The notes: a model not told the origin generated them from the sequence alone. Counted from the first letter of the stretch, positions 10,277 to 20,551 are shown. The stretch: DNA of 64,000 nt from an uncultured Brachyspira sp. (GCA_964454835.1 CAYVTU010000001.1:102836-166835); one strand, 5' to 3'. Translations and numbers: made by a program.

Positions 10277-11596
10277 ATGAAGAAAAAAATATTTATAGTT
10301 TTTCTAATACTTATTTTATTTTGCTTCTTAGCACAAAATAAATTGGATGTTTACGATTTTGAAAAAGTAAGGCAACTTGCTTTAGAAAATAATTTAAGTT
10401 TAAAAAATTACGAAAATCAGATGAAACTTTCCGAGCTTTCATATAAACAAGCAGTTTCAAATCTATATTTTCCTTCTATATCTATTAATTCTTCAACAAA
10501 TATTCCTTTTAATCAGGATAAAAATAGCAATGCTTCAATAAACTTAAATATTTCCAAACCTATTTTTAATGGATTTACTTTACAGAAAGCAAAAGATTTA
10601 GCTTACTTAAACTTTCAATATAAAAAGAATATTTATGAAAGCAAAGTACTTGAGACAAAATATCTAGCATTTCAATATTACTACACATATCTTGTAAAGC
10701 TGCTTCAATACAATCTTTATAATGAAATATTAAAAATTGATACAAAAAGACTTAATGAATATGAAACAAAATATAAACTTGGTCTTATCACTGAGCTTGA
10801 CTATATTTCTCTAAAATTAACATTTTCTAAAGTAGAAATATCTTTCAAAAATGCTGAAAATGAAAAAGATCTTGCATATCTAACGCTAAAAAGCTTTCTT
10901 AATTTGAATAATGATTTTGCTATTTTAGAGCAGCAAAATTTCGATAAGATAGATTTTAATACATTGTTTAATAAAAAATCTACTGAAACAACTAATCTCC
11001 AAGCTGAAAATTATAAAGTCGAAACTTTTATTAATGATGCAAAAAAATATGATAGTACATATATCTCTGCTTTTTATTCTTATTTACAGGCACAAATTAA
11101 CTTAAAGTATTATATCGCATCACTTTTTCCTTCTTTATCATCTTCACTTGGTTTATCATATTCAGGTTTTTTTCAAGATGGACAATTTAACGATTCTGAA
11201 CCATCACTTTCAATATCTTTATCAATATCGATTGATTTGGATTCACTTATTCCTGGTTCATCAAAGAGTATTGAAAAAAAGGTATTGGAAAAGGAGGTTG
11301 AAAATACAAAATTAAATCTTGAAAAAGCGGAAAAAGAGCTTGTTTTAAATCTTGAAACAAAACTTAAAAATTTAATTTTAGGTTTAAAAAATAAAGAAAA
11401 TGCTTTAAATACATATGAATACGCAAATAAAGGGTATAAGCTAGCAACTGATGCATTTAATCTTGGGCAGATTTCTGTAAGTACTTTTTCTTCCTGGGAA
11501 GAAGATTATATAAATGCCAAAATTTCTCTTTATTCTGCGATATTAAATTATCAACTTTCAATTGAATCTTTATTGATGATGATAGGAAAGAATTAA
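10277..11596 (+). CDS. TolC-family outer-membrane efflux protein
   Basis: Signal peptide, ~440 aa, two repeated coiled-coil halves typical of the OEP family. Directly upstream of an adaptor/ABC operon. Confidence 0.7.
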   Translation: MKKKIFIVFLILILFCFLAQNKLDVYDFEKVRQLALENNLSLKNYENQMKLSELSYKQAVSNLYFPSISINSSTNIPFNQDKNSNASINLNISKPIFNGFTLQKAKDLAYLNFQYKKNIYESKVLETKYLAFQYYYTYLVKLLQYNLYNEILKIDTKRLNEYETKYKLGLITELDYISLKLTFSKVEISFKNAENEKDLAYLTLKSFLNLNNDFAILEQQNFDKIDFNTLFNKKSTETTNLQAENYKVETFINDAKKYDSTYISAFYSYLQAQINLKYYIASLFPSLSSSLGLSYSGFFQDGQFNDSEPSLSISLSISIDLDSLIPGSSKSIEKKVLEKEVENTKLNLEKAEKELVLNLETKLKNLILGLKNKENALNTYEYANKGYKLATDAFNLGQISVSTFSSWEEDYINAKISLYSAILNYQLSIESLLMMIGKN

Positions 11597-11654
11597 TCAA
11601 TTTAGTTAAAAAAGATAGTATAACAAAGAAAAATTAGTAATAAAAAGGAATTTT

Positions 11655-12893
11655 ATGAAAAAAAGACTAAGAAACATTATTATTATTATTTTATTAATAG
11701 TATTAATATCATTTATAAGTTTTTATTTTATAAGTAAAAAACAAACTAAAGATCAAAAGAATATAGTTTTTACCACAGCAATAGTTCAAAAAGGGAATAT
11801 AATAAGTTCTGTAAGTGCTTCTGGTAAAATTGAACCAATAGATTCATATCCTGTTATGGCTTCTATCTCAGGTAAAATAGATAAAATATATGTTGATTAT
11901 AATTCAAAAGTAGTTAAAGGTCAAATTCTTGCGATAATAAAGCAGGATGATTATATTTATGCGTTAAAACAGGCCCAGTTATCTTACCAAGAAGCTCAGA
12001 TAACTCTTTCTCAAAAAGAGCTTGATTATAAGAATAATTTAGAGCTATTTAAAAAAGGTTTTGCAACAGAACAGACATTAAAACAATCAGAAAATAGTCT
12101 GAAACTTGCTCAGATTGCTCTTGAATCTTCTAAAATAACACTTGAAAAGGCAAAATCAAATTTAGAAAATACTATTTTACGCTCACCAATCGATGGGTTT
12201 GTTTTAGAAAGAAATGTGGATGAAGGTGATTTTATAAGTACAAATGTTTCGCAAAAGTCACTTTTTATTGTATGTTCAGATTTAAGTAGACTTAAAATAA
12301 CAGCATCTGTAGATGAATCAGATATTAGCACAATAAGGGAGGGACAGAAAGTCTCTTTTACAGTTTTAGCTTACGATACATTGATTTTTAATGGATTTGT
12401 AAAACAAATTAGATTAAATTCAAGCGAAAGTTCAAATGTAGTTACATATGTAGTTGTTATAGAAACAAAAAATATAGATAATAAGCTATTGCCTGGAATG
12501 ACAGCTTCTATTGAATTTTTAAATGAAACAAAAGAAGTCGCATTTTTAGTACCCCAAACAGCGATATCGCTTAAAGGAATAGCCTTGATGAAAACACTTG
12601 GCCCTTATAATTTAGAAGTAAAAAATTCTGATAATAATAATCAAAAAGACAACAGTTCAAAAAATTTTCAGAATTTTCAGGGTAAAAATTTTAATAATAT
12701 AAAACTAATATGGGTAATTGATGAAAATCGAAAATTAATCTATCCAATTCCAGTAAAGGTTGGAAATAGTGATGGCAAAATGGTCGAGGTTTTTTCAGAT
12801 AAACTAGCAGAAGGGATGAAGATAATATCAAGTCTAATAAATACTGGTAAAAATCAAAACTCGAATTTTGGTATGCCACCAATAAGGTTTTAA
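11655..12893 (+). CDS. Periplasmic adaptor (HlyD/MacA family) of the tripartite efflux pump
   Basis: N-terminal TM anchor, long coiled-coil, barrel-sandwich/beta-barrel hallmarks (e.g. LRSPIDGFV). Confidence 0.8.
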   Translation: MKKRLRNIIIIILLIVLISFISFYFISKKQTKDQKNIVFTTAIVQKGNIISSVSASGKIEPIDSYPVMASISGKIDKIYVDYNSKVVKGQILAIIKQDDYIYALKQAQLSYQEAQITLSQKELDYKNNLELFKKGFATEQTLKQSENSLKLAQIALESSKITLEKAKSNLENTILRSPIDGFVLERNVDEGDFISTNVSQKSLFIVCSDLSRLKITASVDESDISTIREGQKVSFTVLAYDTLIFNGFVKQIRLNSSESSNVVTYVVVIETKNIDNKLLPGMTASIEFLNETKEVAFLVPQTAISLKGIALMKTLGPYNLEVKNSDNNNQKDNSSKNFQNFQGKNFNNIKLIWVIDENRKLIYPIPVKVGNSDGKMVEVFSDKLAEGMKIISSLINTGKNQNSNFGMPPIRF

Positions 12894-12949
12894 ATATATT
12901 AAAATTGACCTTTAAGAAAAGAATAAATAAATTAAAAAATAGTAAAAAT

Positions 12950-13696
12950 ATGGAAAACTATAACAATTCATTAATAGAAGTTATTAATTTAACCAAAATA
13001 TATGGAAGCGAGGATTCTGCTGTTGTTGCTCTTGATAATGTGAATTTAAAAATTAAAAAAGGTGAATTCATAGCTATAATGGGAGCATCTGGCTCTGGTA
13101 AAAGTACATTTATGAATATAATAGGGACTTTGGATGTTCCAACTTCCGGACAATACCTTTTTAAAAATGTTGATGTTGCAAAGATGGATGATGATCAGAG
13201 GTCAGAAATTAGAAATATGCATATAGGATTTGTTTTTCAAAGTTTTAATCTTGTAAAGACACTAAATGCAGTTGAAAATGTGGAATTGCCTTTATTTTAT
13301 GTGAAAACGGAGTCAAAAACCAAAAATAAACTAAGCAATAGTGCTGAAAATTACAATATAAGGAGAAAGATGATAAAGCAAAAGGCTATATCAGCATTGA
13401 AAGAGGTCGGTCTTGGAAATAGATTATATAATAGGACTAATCAACTTTCAGGTGGTCAACAACAGAGAATAGCAATAGCAAGAGCTCTTATCAATGACCC
13501 CGATATAATTTTAGCAGATGAACCTACTGGTAACCTTGATTCTAAAACTTCAATTGAAATAATGCAAATTTTTCAAAATCTTCATGAAAGAGGTAAAACT
13601 ATTGTCTTAGTGACACATGAACATGATATAGCAGCTTATGCAAAAAAGATTGTAGAATTTAAAGATGGGAAAATAATAGATATAAGAGAAAATTAA
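12950..13696 (+). CDS. ABC transporter ATP-binding protein (MacB/LolD-like)
   Basis: Walker A GASGSGKST, signature LSGGQQQRIAIARAL, Walker B ILADEPTGNLD. Track start 12905 is TTG; the ATG at 12950 gives a typical N-terminus. Confidence 0.85.
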   Translation: MENYNNSLIEVINLTKIYGSEDSAVVALDNVNLKIKKGEFIAIMGASGSGKSTFMNIIGTLDVPTSGQYLFKNVDVAKMDDDQRSEIRNMHIGFVFQSFNLVKTLNAVENVELPLFYVKTESKTKNKLSNSAENYNIRRKMIKQKAISALKEVGLGNRLYNRTNQLSGGQQQRIAIARALINDPDIILADEPTGNLDSKTSIEIMQIFQNLHERGKTIVLVTHEHDIAAYAKKIVEFKDGKIIDIREN

Positions 13697-13790
13697 AAAT
13701 AAAAAATAAAATTTTCAATGTTGAAAAAATAGTGCAAAAAAGGTGGAATACAAGATTAGAAATTGATATTTAAAAAAGGGAGTTTTAAAA

Positions 13791-15008
13791 TTGAAAATTC
13801 AGGTACTTTTAGATTTTTCTATAAAATCACTTTTACATAGCAAGTTAAGAACATTTTTAACTATGCTTGGTATAATAATTGGTCTTGCTGCAATTGTAGT
13901 TATGGTAGCAATTGGACAGGGAGTAACAAAACAGGTGCATGATCAAATATCTTCTTTTGGAAATAATCTTTTAACGGTAATGCCTGCTCCTCCATCAAGT
14001 TCTGGTGCAAGACTCTCGACAAGTTCAGGAACCAGAATAACAGAAGATGATTACAATGCGATAAAACAGAGGGCAACCTATATTAACGCTGTTTCACCTT
14101 TAGTACAAAATAGAGTTCAGGTTATTACTTCTGGTGGAAATTGGAATACTATCGTCTATGGTGGAAGTACAGACTACCTTTCGATTAGAAATCTTGTGCT
14201 TGAAAATGGTAGAAACTTTACTATTAATGAAGAAAAAGCAAAGGCAAAGGTATGTATAGTTGGTAAAACTATTGTAGAAGAATTATTTGATGGGGTAGAC
14301 CCTATTGGAGCTGAAATTAGGGTAAATAAAATAAATTTAAAGATAATCGGTGTACTTAAAGAAAAAGGAACTAATTCATTTGGTATGGATCAGGATGATG
14401 TCATTATAGTTCCATACACAACTTTATTATATAGATTAAGTAGATTTAGATATATTCAACAGATAATCTGTTCTGCAAGAAGTGAAGAAGAAATAAATTT
14501 AGCAGTTGGTGAGCTTGAACAGATTATGAGAGCATCTCATAGACTTTCTGAAGGCGAAGAAAATAATTTTAGAATAATGAATCAGGCAGATGTTCTTGAA
14601 GCCTCGATGAATACTACCCGTACTTTAACCCTGTTTTTAGCAGTTGTTGCTGGTATATCTTTACTTGTCGGTGGTATTGGGATTATGAACATAATGCTTG
14701 TTTCTGTTGTCGAGCGAACAAAGGAAATTGGTCTAAGAAGAGCAATTGGCGCTAGAAAAGCAGATATTGAGCAACAGTTTTTAATCGAAGCATTAATATT
14801 ATGCCTACTTGGAGGATTAGCAGGCATAATATTAGGAGTATCAATAGTTGTAATTTTAAAATTTATCTCAACTTTACCATTAAAAATTTCTGTGAATTCA
14901 ATAATAATTGGCTTTATTGTTTCTTTTGCGGTTGGAGTTTTTTTTGGCTATTATCCTGCAAAAAAGGCTTCAGAAATGAATCCAATAGATGCACTAAGGT
15001 ATGAGTAA
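13791..15008 (+). CDS. ABC transporter permease, FtsX/MacB-like
   Basis: N-terminal TM helix, large periplasmic domain, C-terminal FtsX 4-TM domain. TTG start with GGGAG Shine-Dalgarno 8 nt upstream. Confidence 0.85.
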   Translation: MKIQVLLDFSIKSLLHSKLRTFLTMLGIIIGLAAIVVMVAIGQGVTKQVHDQISSFGNNLLTVMPAPPSSSGARLSTSSGTRITEDDYNAIKQRATYINAVSPLVQNRVQVITSGGNWNTIVYGGSTDYLSIRNLVLENGRNFTINEEKAKAKVCIVGKTIVEELFDGVDPIGAEIRVNKINLKIIGVLKEKGTNSFGMDQDDVIIVPYTTLLYRLSRFRYIQQIICSARSEEEINLAVGELEQIMRASHRLSEGEENNFRIMNQADVLEASMNTTRTLTLFLAVVAGISLLVGGIGIMNIMLVSVVERTKEIGLRRAIGARKADIEQQFLIEALILCLLGGLAGIILGVSIVVILKFISTLPLKISVNSIIIGFIVSFAVGVFFGYYPAKKASEMNPIDALRYE

Positions 15009-15037
15009 AGTATGATTGAAATAAAAGATATAGAATT

Positions 15038-15877
15038 ATGTCAAATAAAAATTTAATTGTAAAATATTTAATCTTTTTGCTTTATTTGTTTATAATAGTT
15101 TTAACTTTTTCTTTTAGTAAGACTTTAGATAGCGAAAATGAATATGTTAGTTATCAACGAAAAATGTATTTTACTATCCAATCTTTTCAGTCTGAACAAT
15201 CCTTTTTACGATATCTTAATTTTATAAAAAAGTACAATATTACAGGTATAACTTTTTATGGTTTTCATAATAAGATTACTACCGATCCAAAGATTATTTT
15301 ATTAAGGCTAAGGCAGGAAATTTATAATCTTGAAATTTGTATTGCAGGGGAAAATTTTGAATTTTTTAATAATTTAGTTCAAAATCAAGAAATATTAGAT
15401 TTAATTGATGGTTTTCATATTGAATATGAATATTGGAATTATTATAAATATAAGAAAAAGGATAGAAATGATGCTTTCAATTTTTTTATATCAGAGTCCA
15501 GAAAGATAAAAGAATTGGCAATAAGTAAGAACAAGATGACAGAAGCCTATTTTGGCTGGTTTACAAATGAGGAATTTAATATATTTAAATCTTTTTTTGA
15601 CTTAATATTAATTCACGCCTATACAAAAAAAGAGGAAGATGTACCAAAATATATTTTTGAAAGACTTAATATAATTAAAAATTCCCAAATCCCTTTTTAT
15701 ATCCTTTGCTCAGCAGAAAAAGATTTTATGGAAGAAAGGATAAAACTTGATGGGATAAAAAAGATCGAGAAAAATATATTAGAAAATATAAGCTTCATAT
15801 TAAGCAAGGATTATATGAAAAATTTCAAAGGCTTTTATTGGTTTACAGGAGAATTAATAGAAAAAATTGTAAGATAG
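15038..15877 (+). CDS. Hypothetical membrane-anchored protein. Possibly a polysaccharide-modifying enzyme given its neighbours, but not demonstrable from sequence
   Basis: N-terminal TM anchor; no recognisable catalytic motif. Confidence 0.35.
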   Translation: MSNKNLIVKYLIFLLYLFIIVLTFSFSKTLDSENEYVSYQRKMYFTIQSFQSEQSFLRYLNFIKKYNITGITFYGFHNKITTDPKIILLRLRQEIYNLEICIAGENFEFFNNLVQNQEILDLIDGFHIEYEYWNYYKYKKKDRNDAFNFFISESRKIKELAISKNKMTEAYFGWFTNEEFNIFKSFFDLILIHAYTKKEEDVPKYIFERLNIIKNSQIPFYILCSAEKDFMEERIKLDGIKKIEKNILENISFILSKDYMKNFKGFYWFTGELIEKIVR

Positions 15878-15879
15878 AT

Positions 15880-18834
15880 TTATTTTGTTTTAAATCCTTT
15901 TCTTTTCATCATACCCCAGGAACTTTTACCTGTAATATAATTAAAAAATGCAATCAATCTTAGTATATTCATTATTTGTCTATAACCAAAGTTTTCTAAA
16001 AACCCAATTAATATTAAAATTATATCTTCCCACCAAGAAAAATAAATTACATTTTTTTCTGAAATTGCTAAAGAAATGATGGATATGGCTATGCCAAGTA
16101 AAATACTAGTGAAAAAAAGAAAAAGAAATAATGGAAAAGTAAAAATACCTAAAAATATTGCCAATATTGATAAGAAAAGTCCCAACACTTCATAAAAAGG
16201 TCCAAATGTTTCAAAAATAAGATAATAAGGAAGAGCAATCAACCCGACTCTACCATAGCTTTTATTAAAAATCATCTTTCTATGGTACAATAATATTTCT
16301 ATGAGACCTCTTTGCCATCTATCTCTTTGTTTACGAAGTATTTTAAAGGACTCTGGAACCTCTGTCCAACATGTAGCATTTATCGAATAATTGATCATTG
16401 CCTTTTCTTTTTTTTCTATCGAATTTCTTCTTAATCTAACTATAAGTTCCATGTCCTCGCCAACAGTATTTTGTTTTGATTTAGTTCGATAAGTCATATA
16501 TCCACCAATTTCAAGTACAGCTTTTCTGTGAAAAACTCCAAATGCACCTGAAATAATAAGTAAAGATTTAATAAATGACCACCCAAGTCTTCCAGTAAAG
16601 TAAGCCCTTAAATATTCCATAGTTTGAAATCTTGCTAGGATATTTTTACCAATTCCTATTTTTATTAAAGATCCATTTTCTACTGTACAACCATTTACCG
16701 GCATAATTTTACCACCAGTTGCTATAATCTTTTCATCACTTTCTATAATTGGAGAAATTGCATGTAAGAGAGCATCCTGTTCAAGAAGGCTATCTGCGTC
16801 AATGCCACAAATATATTCACAGTTCGCAATGTTGATTCCAGCATTAAGCGAATCTGCTTTACCACCATTAATTTTGTCTATTACAAAAAGATTTGAATGT
16901 ATCTTACTTTTATATACTCCGATAATAGGCGCAGTATCGATGTGTTGGCTCAGATGCATATATGGTATTCTTTCGAGTTCAAAGTTTTGTAGCAAAACAT
17001 TTAAAGTATTATCAGGTGAACCATCATTTATAACTATCACCTCAAAACTTGGATATTTTAAAGCTAAAAGACTACGCACATTTTGCACAATTGTCGCTTC
17101 TTCTCTGAATGCAGGTACTATAACAGAAATTGAGGGTAAAACACCTTTTTGAAAATAATTTAAATATGAGATAGAATCTTTTTGTCTATTTTGTTTCAAT
17201 ATTTCAGAATAGGCAAATATTAAAAAAAGAAATGAAATAAAATTTAAAGTTAATGCATAAAATCCAAAGAATTTTATAAAAAAAGATATAAATGATTTAA
17301 ACCAGGGTAGAAATGGGAAAAAACTTATTTTATGCCTTATGGAAAATATAAAAATTGGAGTTAAGAAGATAGCTGTAGCTAGAATTAGTAAAAAGGGTTT
17401 ATCTTTTTTAGAAGCAGTAGGTGCTTTTTGTGTTTCAATTCTTTTCTTTGGGGGAAAATTATGTCTTTGACAAATATCATCATTAAGCGAAGATATGAAT
17501 TCTTCAAAGATTTTAATTCTTTTTTCATAATCAGGTTTTTTAAAATTTAAAATATCAAGAGTATGAACAACTTTTAATATTAGAATTTCTTCAATATTAC
17601 TATCTATATTATTGTTTAAGTAAGAAATAAGATTGTAGATAAATCCATTTTGTACGCAATATTCTATTAAATCAATTATTTTCTGGTCTAAAAACCAGTC
17701 TTTTCTTTCTAAAAAGTAGAATAGGTAACTTTCTAGAATTGGTGCTATTTTGCCTTTGATTGAAGGCTCAATAGTCTTATAAAAGACTTCAAGTAATTTA
17801 TCTTTAAATTCATCTTTGTTTTTAATTACATTTTCTAATGCGGAAATGGCGAATAACTCATTATCTGGTTCTATCAGAAATTGTAATAATCTATCAAAAT
17901 TATCCAAATTATGAACTCTACCCAGTGCTCTAATGGCAAAACTTCTTATCTTTGTATTTCTGTTTCTTAAAAAAAATTGAGAATCAAGCATTGTAGGCAC
18001 AATATGATAAATTACATTTGCAGCCTCAGAAGACAAATCTTCATCGCTTGACATAAGTGATTCAACAAGTATTTTTTCTAATGAAGAAGAAGGAAAATAT
18101 CTACAAAGCTGAATTCCTATTATTGTTTCGGCTTTATTGTATGGATATCTTGAAGATATGACATTAGCGGTAATATCTGAATGCTCTTGCAAGATTGCAA
18201 TATATTGTGAAAATCTAACCATATTTCCATTTTCGTACTCTTTTGCAGCAGAATCCAAAATAAGAGGTATTAAATCAAAACTTTGAGCAAAAAGAAGAGA
18301 TTCACATATTTTAAATCTTATTGAACTCGATTTTTCTATTCCTAAAAATCCAGAAAGGATTTGCACTCCTTCAAATCCATAAAATCTTAAAGCAAAAGCA
18401 GCATTTGCCCTTTTAATTTTACTTTTTGATTTTATGTTGTGAATATAGTGCTTTAAAAGTTTTGACTTTCTTTTAATAAAGAATTCTATATTTTTCAAAT
18501 CTAATGGTAAGATAATTCTTTCACTACAAATATTTAAGGCAGAAATTAAAAATGTTTCTGAATATTTAGTAAAAATATTTATTTCTTTCTTTTTCTTTTT
18601 TTTATAATTCTGAATATTTGTTTCGTCTATTACAATAAGCTCTTCTTCTCTTTGCTCTTTATTTATGTATTCATAAGAAAGATTTGAAATTTTTTTTACA
18701 AGAAGATTAATAATTTTAGCTTTTTTATTTTCTCTATGTTTTATAAGAAAAAGCGAAATAATGATCAAAAAAATAAATATAGATAGTAAGTATATTAACA
18801 TATATAAAGTATTAATTGAATCTACTGTCTTCAT
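15880..18834 (-). CDS. Processive family-2 glycosyltransferase (PgaC/IcaA/BcsA-like) fused to an N-terminal TM helix plus HEAT (PBS-lyase-type) repeat domain
   Basis: GT2 motifs DGSPDNT, GGKADSLN, DADS, GED and the processive QRDRWQRG (QxxRW). TM helices flank the catalytic domain. N-terminal repeats match the HEAT/PBS-lyase pattern (e.g. AAFALRFYGFEGVQIL). Confidence 0.7.
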   Translation of the reverse strand: MKTVDSINTLYMLIYLLSIFIFLIIISLFLIKHRENKKAKIINLLVKKISNLSYEYINKEQREEELIVIDETNIQNYKKKKKKEINIFTKYSETFLISALNICSERIILPLDLKNIEFFIKRKSKLLKHYIHNIKSKSKIKRANAAFALRFYGFEGVQILSGFLGIEKSSSIRFKICESLLFAQSFDLIPLILDSAAKEYENGNMVRFSQYIAILQEHSDITANVISSRYPYNKAETIIGIQLCRYFPSSSLEKILVESLMSSDEDLSSEAANVIYHIVPTMLDSQFFLRNRNTKIRSFAIRALGRVHNLDNFDRLLQFLIEPDNELFAISALENVIKNKDEFKDKLLEVFYKTIEPSIKGKIAPILESYLFYFLERKDWFLDQKIIDLIEYCVQNGFIYNLISYLNNNIDSNIEEILILKVVHTLDILNFKKPDYEKRIKIFEEFISSLNDDICQRHNFPPKKRIETQKAPTASKKDKPFLLILATAIFLTPIFIFSIRHKISFFPFLPWFKSFISFFIKFFGFYALTLNFISFLFLIFAYSEILKQNRQKDSISYLNYFQKGVLPSISVIVPAFREEATIVQNVRSLLALKYPSFEVIVINDGSPDNTLNVLLQNFELERIPYMHLSQHIDTAPIIGVYKSKIHSNLFVIDKINGGKADSLNAGINIANCEYICGIDADSLLEQDALLHAISPIIESDEKIIATGGKIMPVNGCTVENGSLIKIGIGKNILARFQTMEYLRAYFTGRLGWSFIKSLLIISGAFGVFHRKAVLEIGGYMTYRTKSKQNTVGEDMELIVRLRRNSIEKKEKAMINYSINATCWTEVPESFKILRKQRDRWQRGLIEILLYHRKMIFNKSYGRVGLIALPYYLIFETFGPFYEVLGLFLSILAIFLGIFTFPLFLFLFFTSILLGIAISIISLAISEKNVIYFSWWEDIILILIGFLENFGYRQIMNILRLIAFFNYITGKSSWGMMKRKGFKTK

Positions 18835-18881
18835 TTTTTTTAATTAAAACTATTTGGTAGATAATTTTTTTATCTTTATTT

Positions 18882-19829
18882 TTAAATATTTGAACTAATA
18901 AAAATTCTAATTATGGAAAGCAATTCGTTAATATAATAAGGCTTTTTAATAAAATAAGTTATTCCTAAAAGAGAAGCAGTTTTCAATAAATCATCATTTT
19001 TTTGGGTACTTAAAATGATTAAAGGGATATTTAAATCACTTTCTATTAGTTTTTGTCTTAAATCAAATCCGCCAAAACCAGGTGCAGCAAGTTCTGAAAT
19101 AATACAAATAGGATGGGATGTTTTAAGTTTATCATAGGCAAGTTTACCATCTCTAAACCATACACAATTAATATTATTTTGCTTTAAAATATCTATCACT
19201 ATTGTAGCATTGAATGGATCTGGTTCAATAAGGAAGATTTCAGGTGTTTCATAGATTTCTTTAAAATTCACTAGAATGACTTTTGAATTTAAATCAAATT
19301 TCGCTTCATAAAGTAGTTTTTCAAATTTATTTATAAAATGCTCTTTTAATGTCTTATTATCATCTTTATTTAAAACATAGTTTTGAACTGAAAAGACAAA
19401 TATATTTGATTCTAAAATGGAAGATAATATAGATTGATTTAATTCATAAATAAATAAGTTTGACTTAGCCTTTATTTCAGAAATAGAGTCCGCAAATGAA
19501 AACAATATTATCCCTGTGCTATAAAAAAATAATGGTGAAAAAGGTTTTATGGTGTTTGAAGTTATTGAGCTAATTTCATTTTTGAATTCATCAAATTTAA
19601 TTTTATCTTTCATCTTATTAATAAATGAAATATATAGAAGATAAGCATCAATTTCATATTTTGTAAGAAGATTGATCAGTTGCTCGAGATAAGTAAAATT
19701 GTCTAAAAATGATATAAATTTATTTTTGTCAAATGATACAAAAATTTTATCAAGTTCAAAAGAGATAATGTTTTCTTTCAGAATCTGATTTTCTTTTTCA
19801 AGTTGAAAGATATTTTTTTGTTTTTTCAT
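18882..19829 (-). CDS. Protein with C-terminal receiver (REC) domain carrying Glu at the phospho-acceptor position; N-terminal ~190 aa unknown
   Basis: REC topology conserved: acidic pocket EPD, ICIISELAAPGFGGFDL (Glu where D57 is expected), IPLIILST (T87 position), YFIKKP (K109). Confidence 0.5.
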   Translation of the reverse strand: MKKQKNIFQLEKENQILKENIISFELDKIFVSFDKNKFISFLDNFTYLEQLINLLTKYEIDAYLLYISFINKMKDKIKFDEFKNEISSITSNTIKPFSPLFFYSTGIILFSFADSISEIKAKSNLFIYELNQSILSSILESNIFVFSVQNYVLNKDDNKTLKEHFINKFEKLLYEAKFDLNSKVILVNFKEIYETPEIFLIEPDPFNATIVIDILKQNNINCVWFRDGKLAYDKLKTSHPICIISELAAPGFGGFDLRQKLIESDLNIPLIILSTQKNDDLLKTASLLGITYFIKKPYYINELLSIIRIFISSNI

Positions 19830-20551
19830 AGTTTTACGACGAATGAAAAACCTATATCAGAAACTCCTGCTTTGTTTAAAATGTACGGCTGCCAGTAGGC
19901 ACCGATTGAAAATATTGGGAAACTAAATTTTATTCCAAGAATAAGAGAAAGATTAAAAAGGCTTTGCTCAATGGCAAAACTAGCTCCTAAATCGATTCCA
20001 AAAAATGGGAAAAAAGAAAGAAAAGATTTGACCCATAGAGCATAAGATATTCCCTTCTCACTTTCATATCCTATAGCAGAATTAACTGAAAAATTGTAAC
20101 CATTGGAAAAAGTATAAATTGAGTAAATGTAACTAATAGAAGTAAATGAATCTATGTTAAATTTAAATATCTGCCTGAAAGCCAGATACCATTCATCCTT
20201 TTCAAAATTAACACCTAGAAGTATTTCATGTTTTGTAATATTATCGATAAAATAAAAACCATACATAAAATCAATATACCAATTTTTAGGAAAAATAAAT
20301 GTTCCTCCCAGCATTACTTTATAACCGCTATCAGCTTCATAGTAATATGAATATCCAAACAATGCAGATAAAGAGAAAAATTTAGTTATAGGAAAAGAAA
20401 TTGTCTGCTCTAATCTCCATTGAGATATACTAAAAATATTTAAATTCATATCAAAAGATGTAGAAATCCAGATCTTAGAATTTGCTAAAACAGATGTTGA
20501 GAAAAATATTATACCTAAAAGTAATAAAATTAATAATTTTTGCATCTTCAT
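19826..20551 (-). CDS. Small outer-membrane beta-barrel protein, putative first gene of the GT2 operon
   Basis: Signal peptide MKMQKLLILLLLGIIFFSTSVLA; alternating aromatic beta-strand pattern; 241 aa. Confidence 0.45.
   Translation of the reverse strand: MKMQKLLILLLLGIIFFSTSVLANSKIWISTSFDMNLNIFSISQWRLEQTISFPITKFFSLSALFGYSYYYEADSGYKVMLGGTFIFPKNWYIDFMYGFYFIDNITKHEILLGVNFEKDEWYLAFRQIFKFNIDSFTSISYIYSIYTFSNGYNFSVNSAIGYESEKGISYALWVKSFLSFFPFFGIDLGASFAIEQSLFNLSLILGIKFSFPIFSIGAYWQPYILNKAGVSDIGFSFVVKL

Noticed and set aside
12110-12882. Short antisense ORFs inside the adaptor gene (12110..12331, 12691..12882)
   Set aside because: Inside a conserved HlyD-family CDS on the opposite strand.
14582-15004. 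ORFs 14582..14827 (-) and 14801..15004 (+, other frame) within the FtsX permease
   Set aside because: The FtsX C-terminal domain is continuous and conserved in the annotated frame.
16802-17152. 116-aa plus-strand ORF inside the GT2 gene
   Set aside because: Antisense to the catalytic GT2 motifs (GGKADSLN/DADS region).
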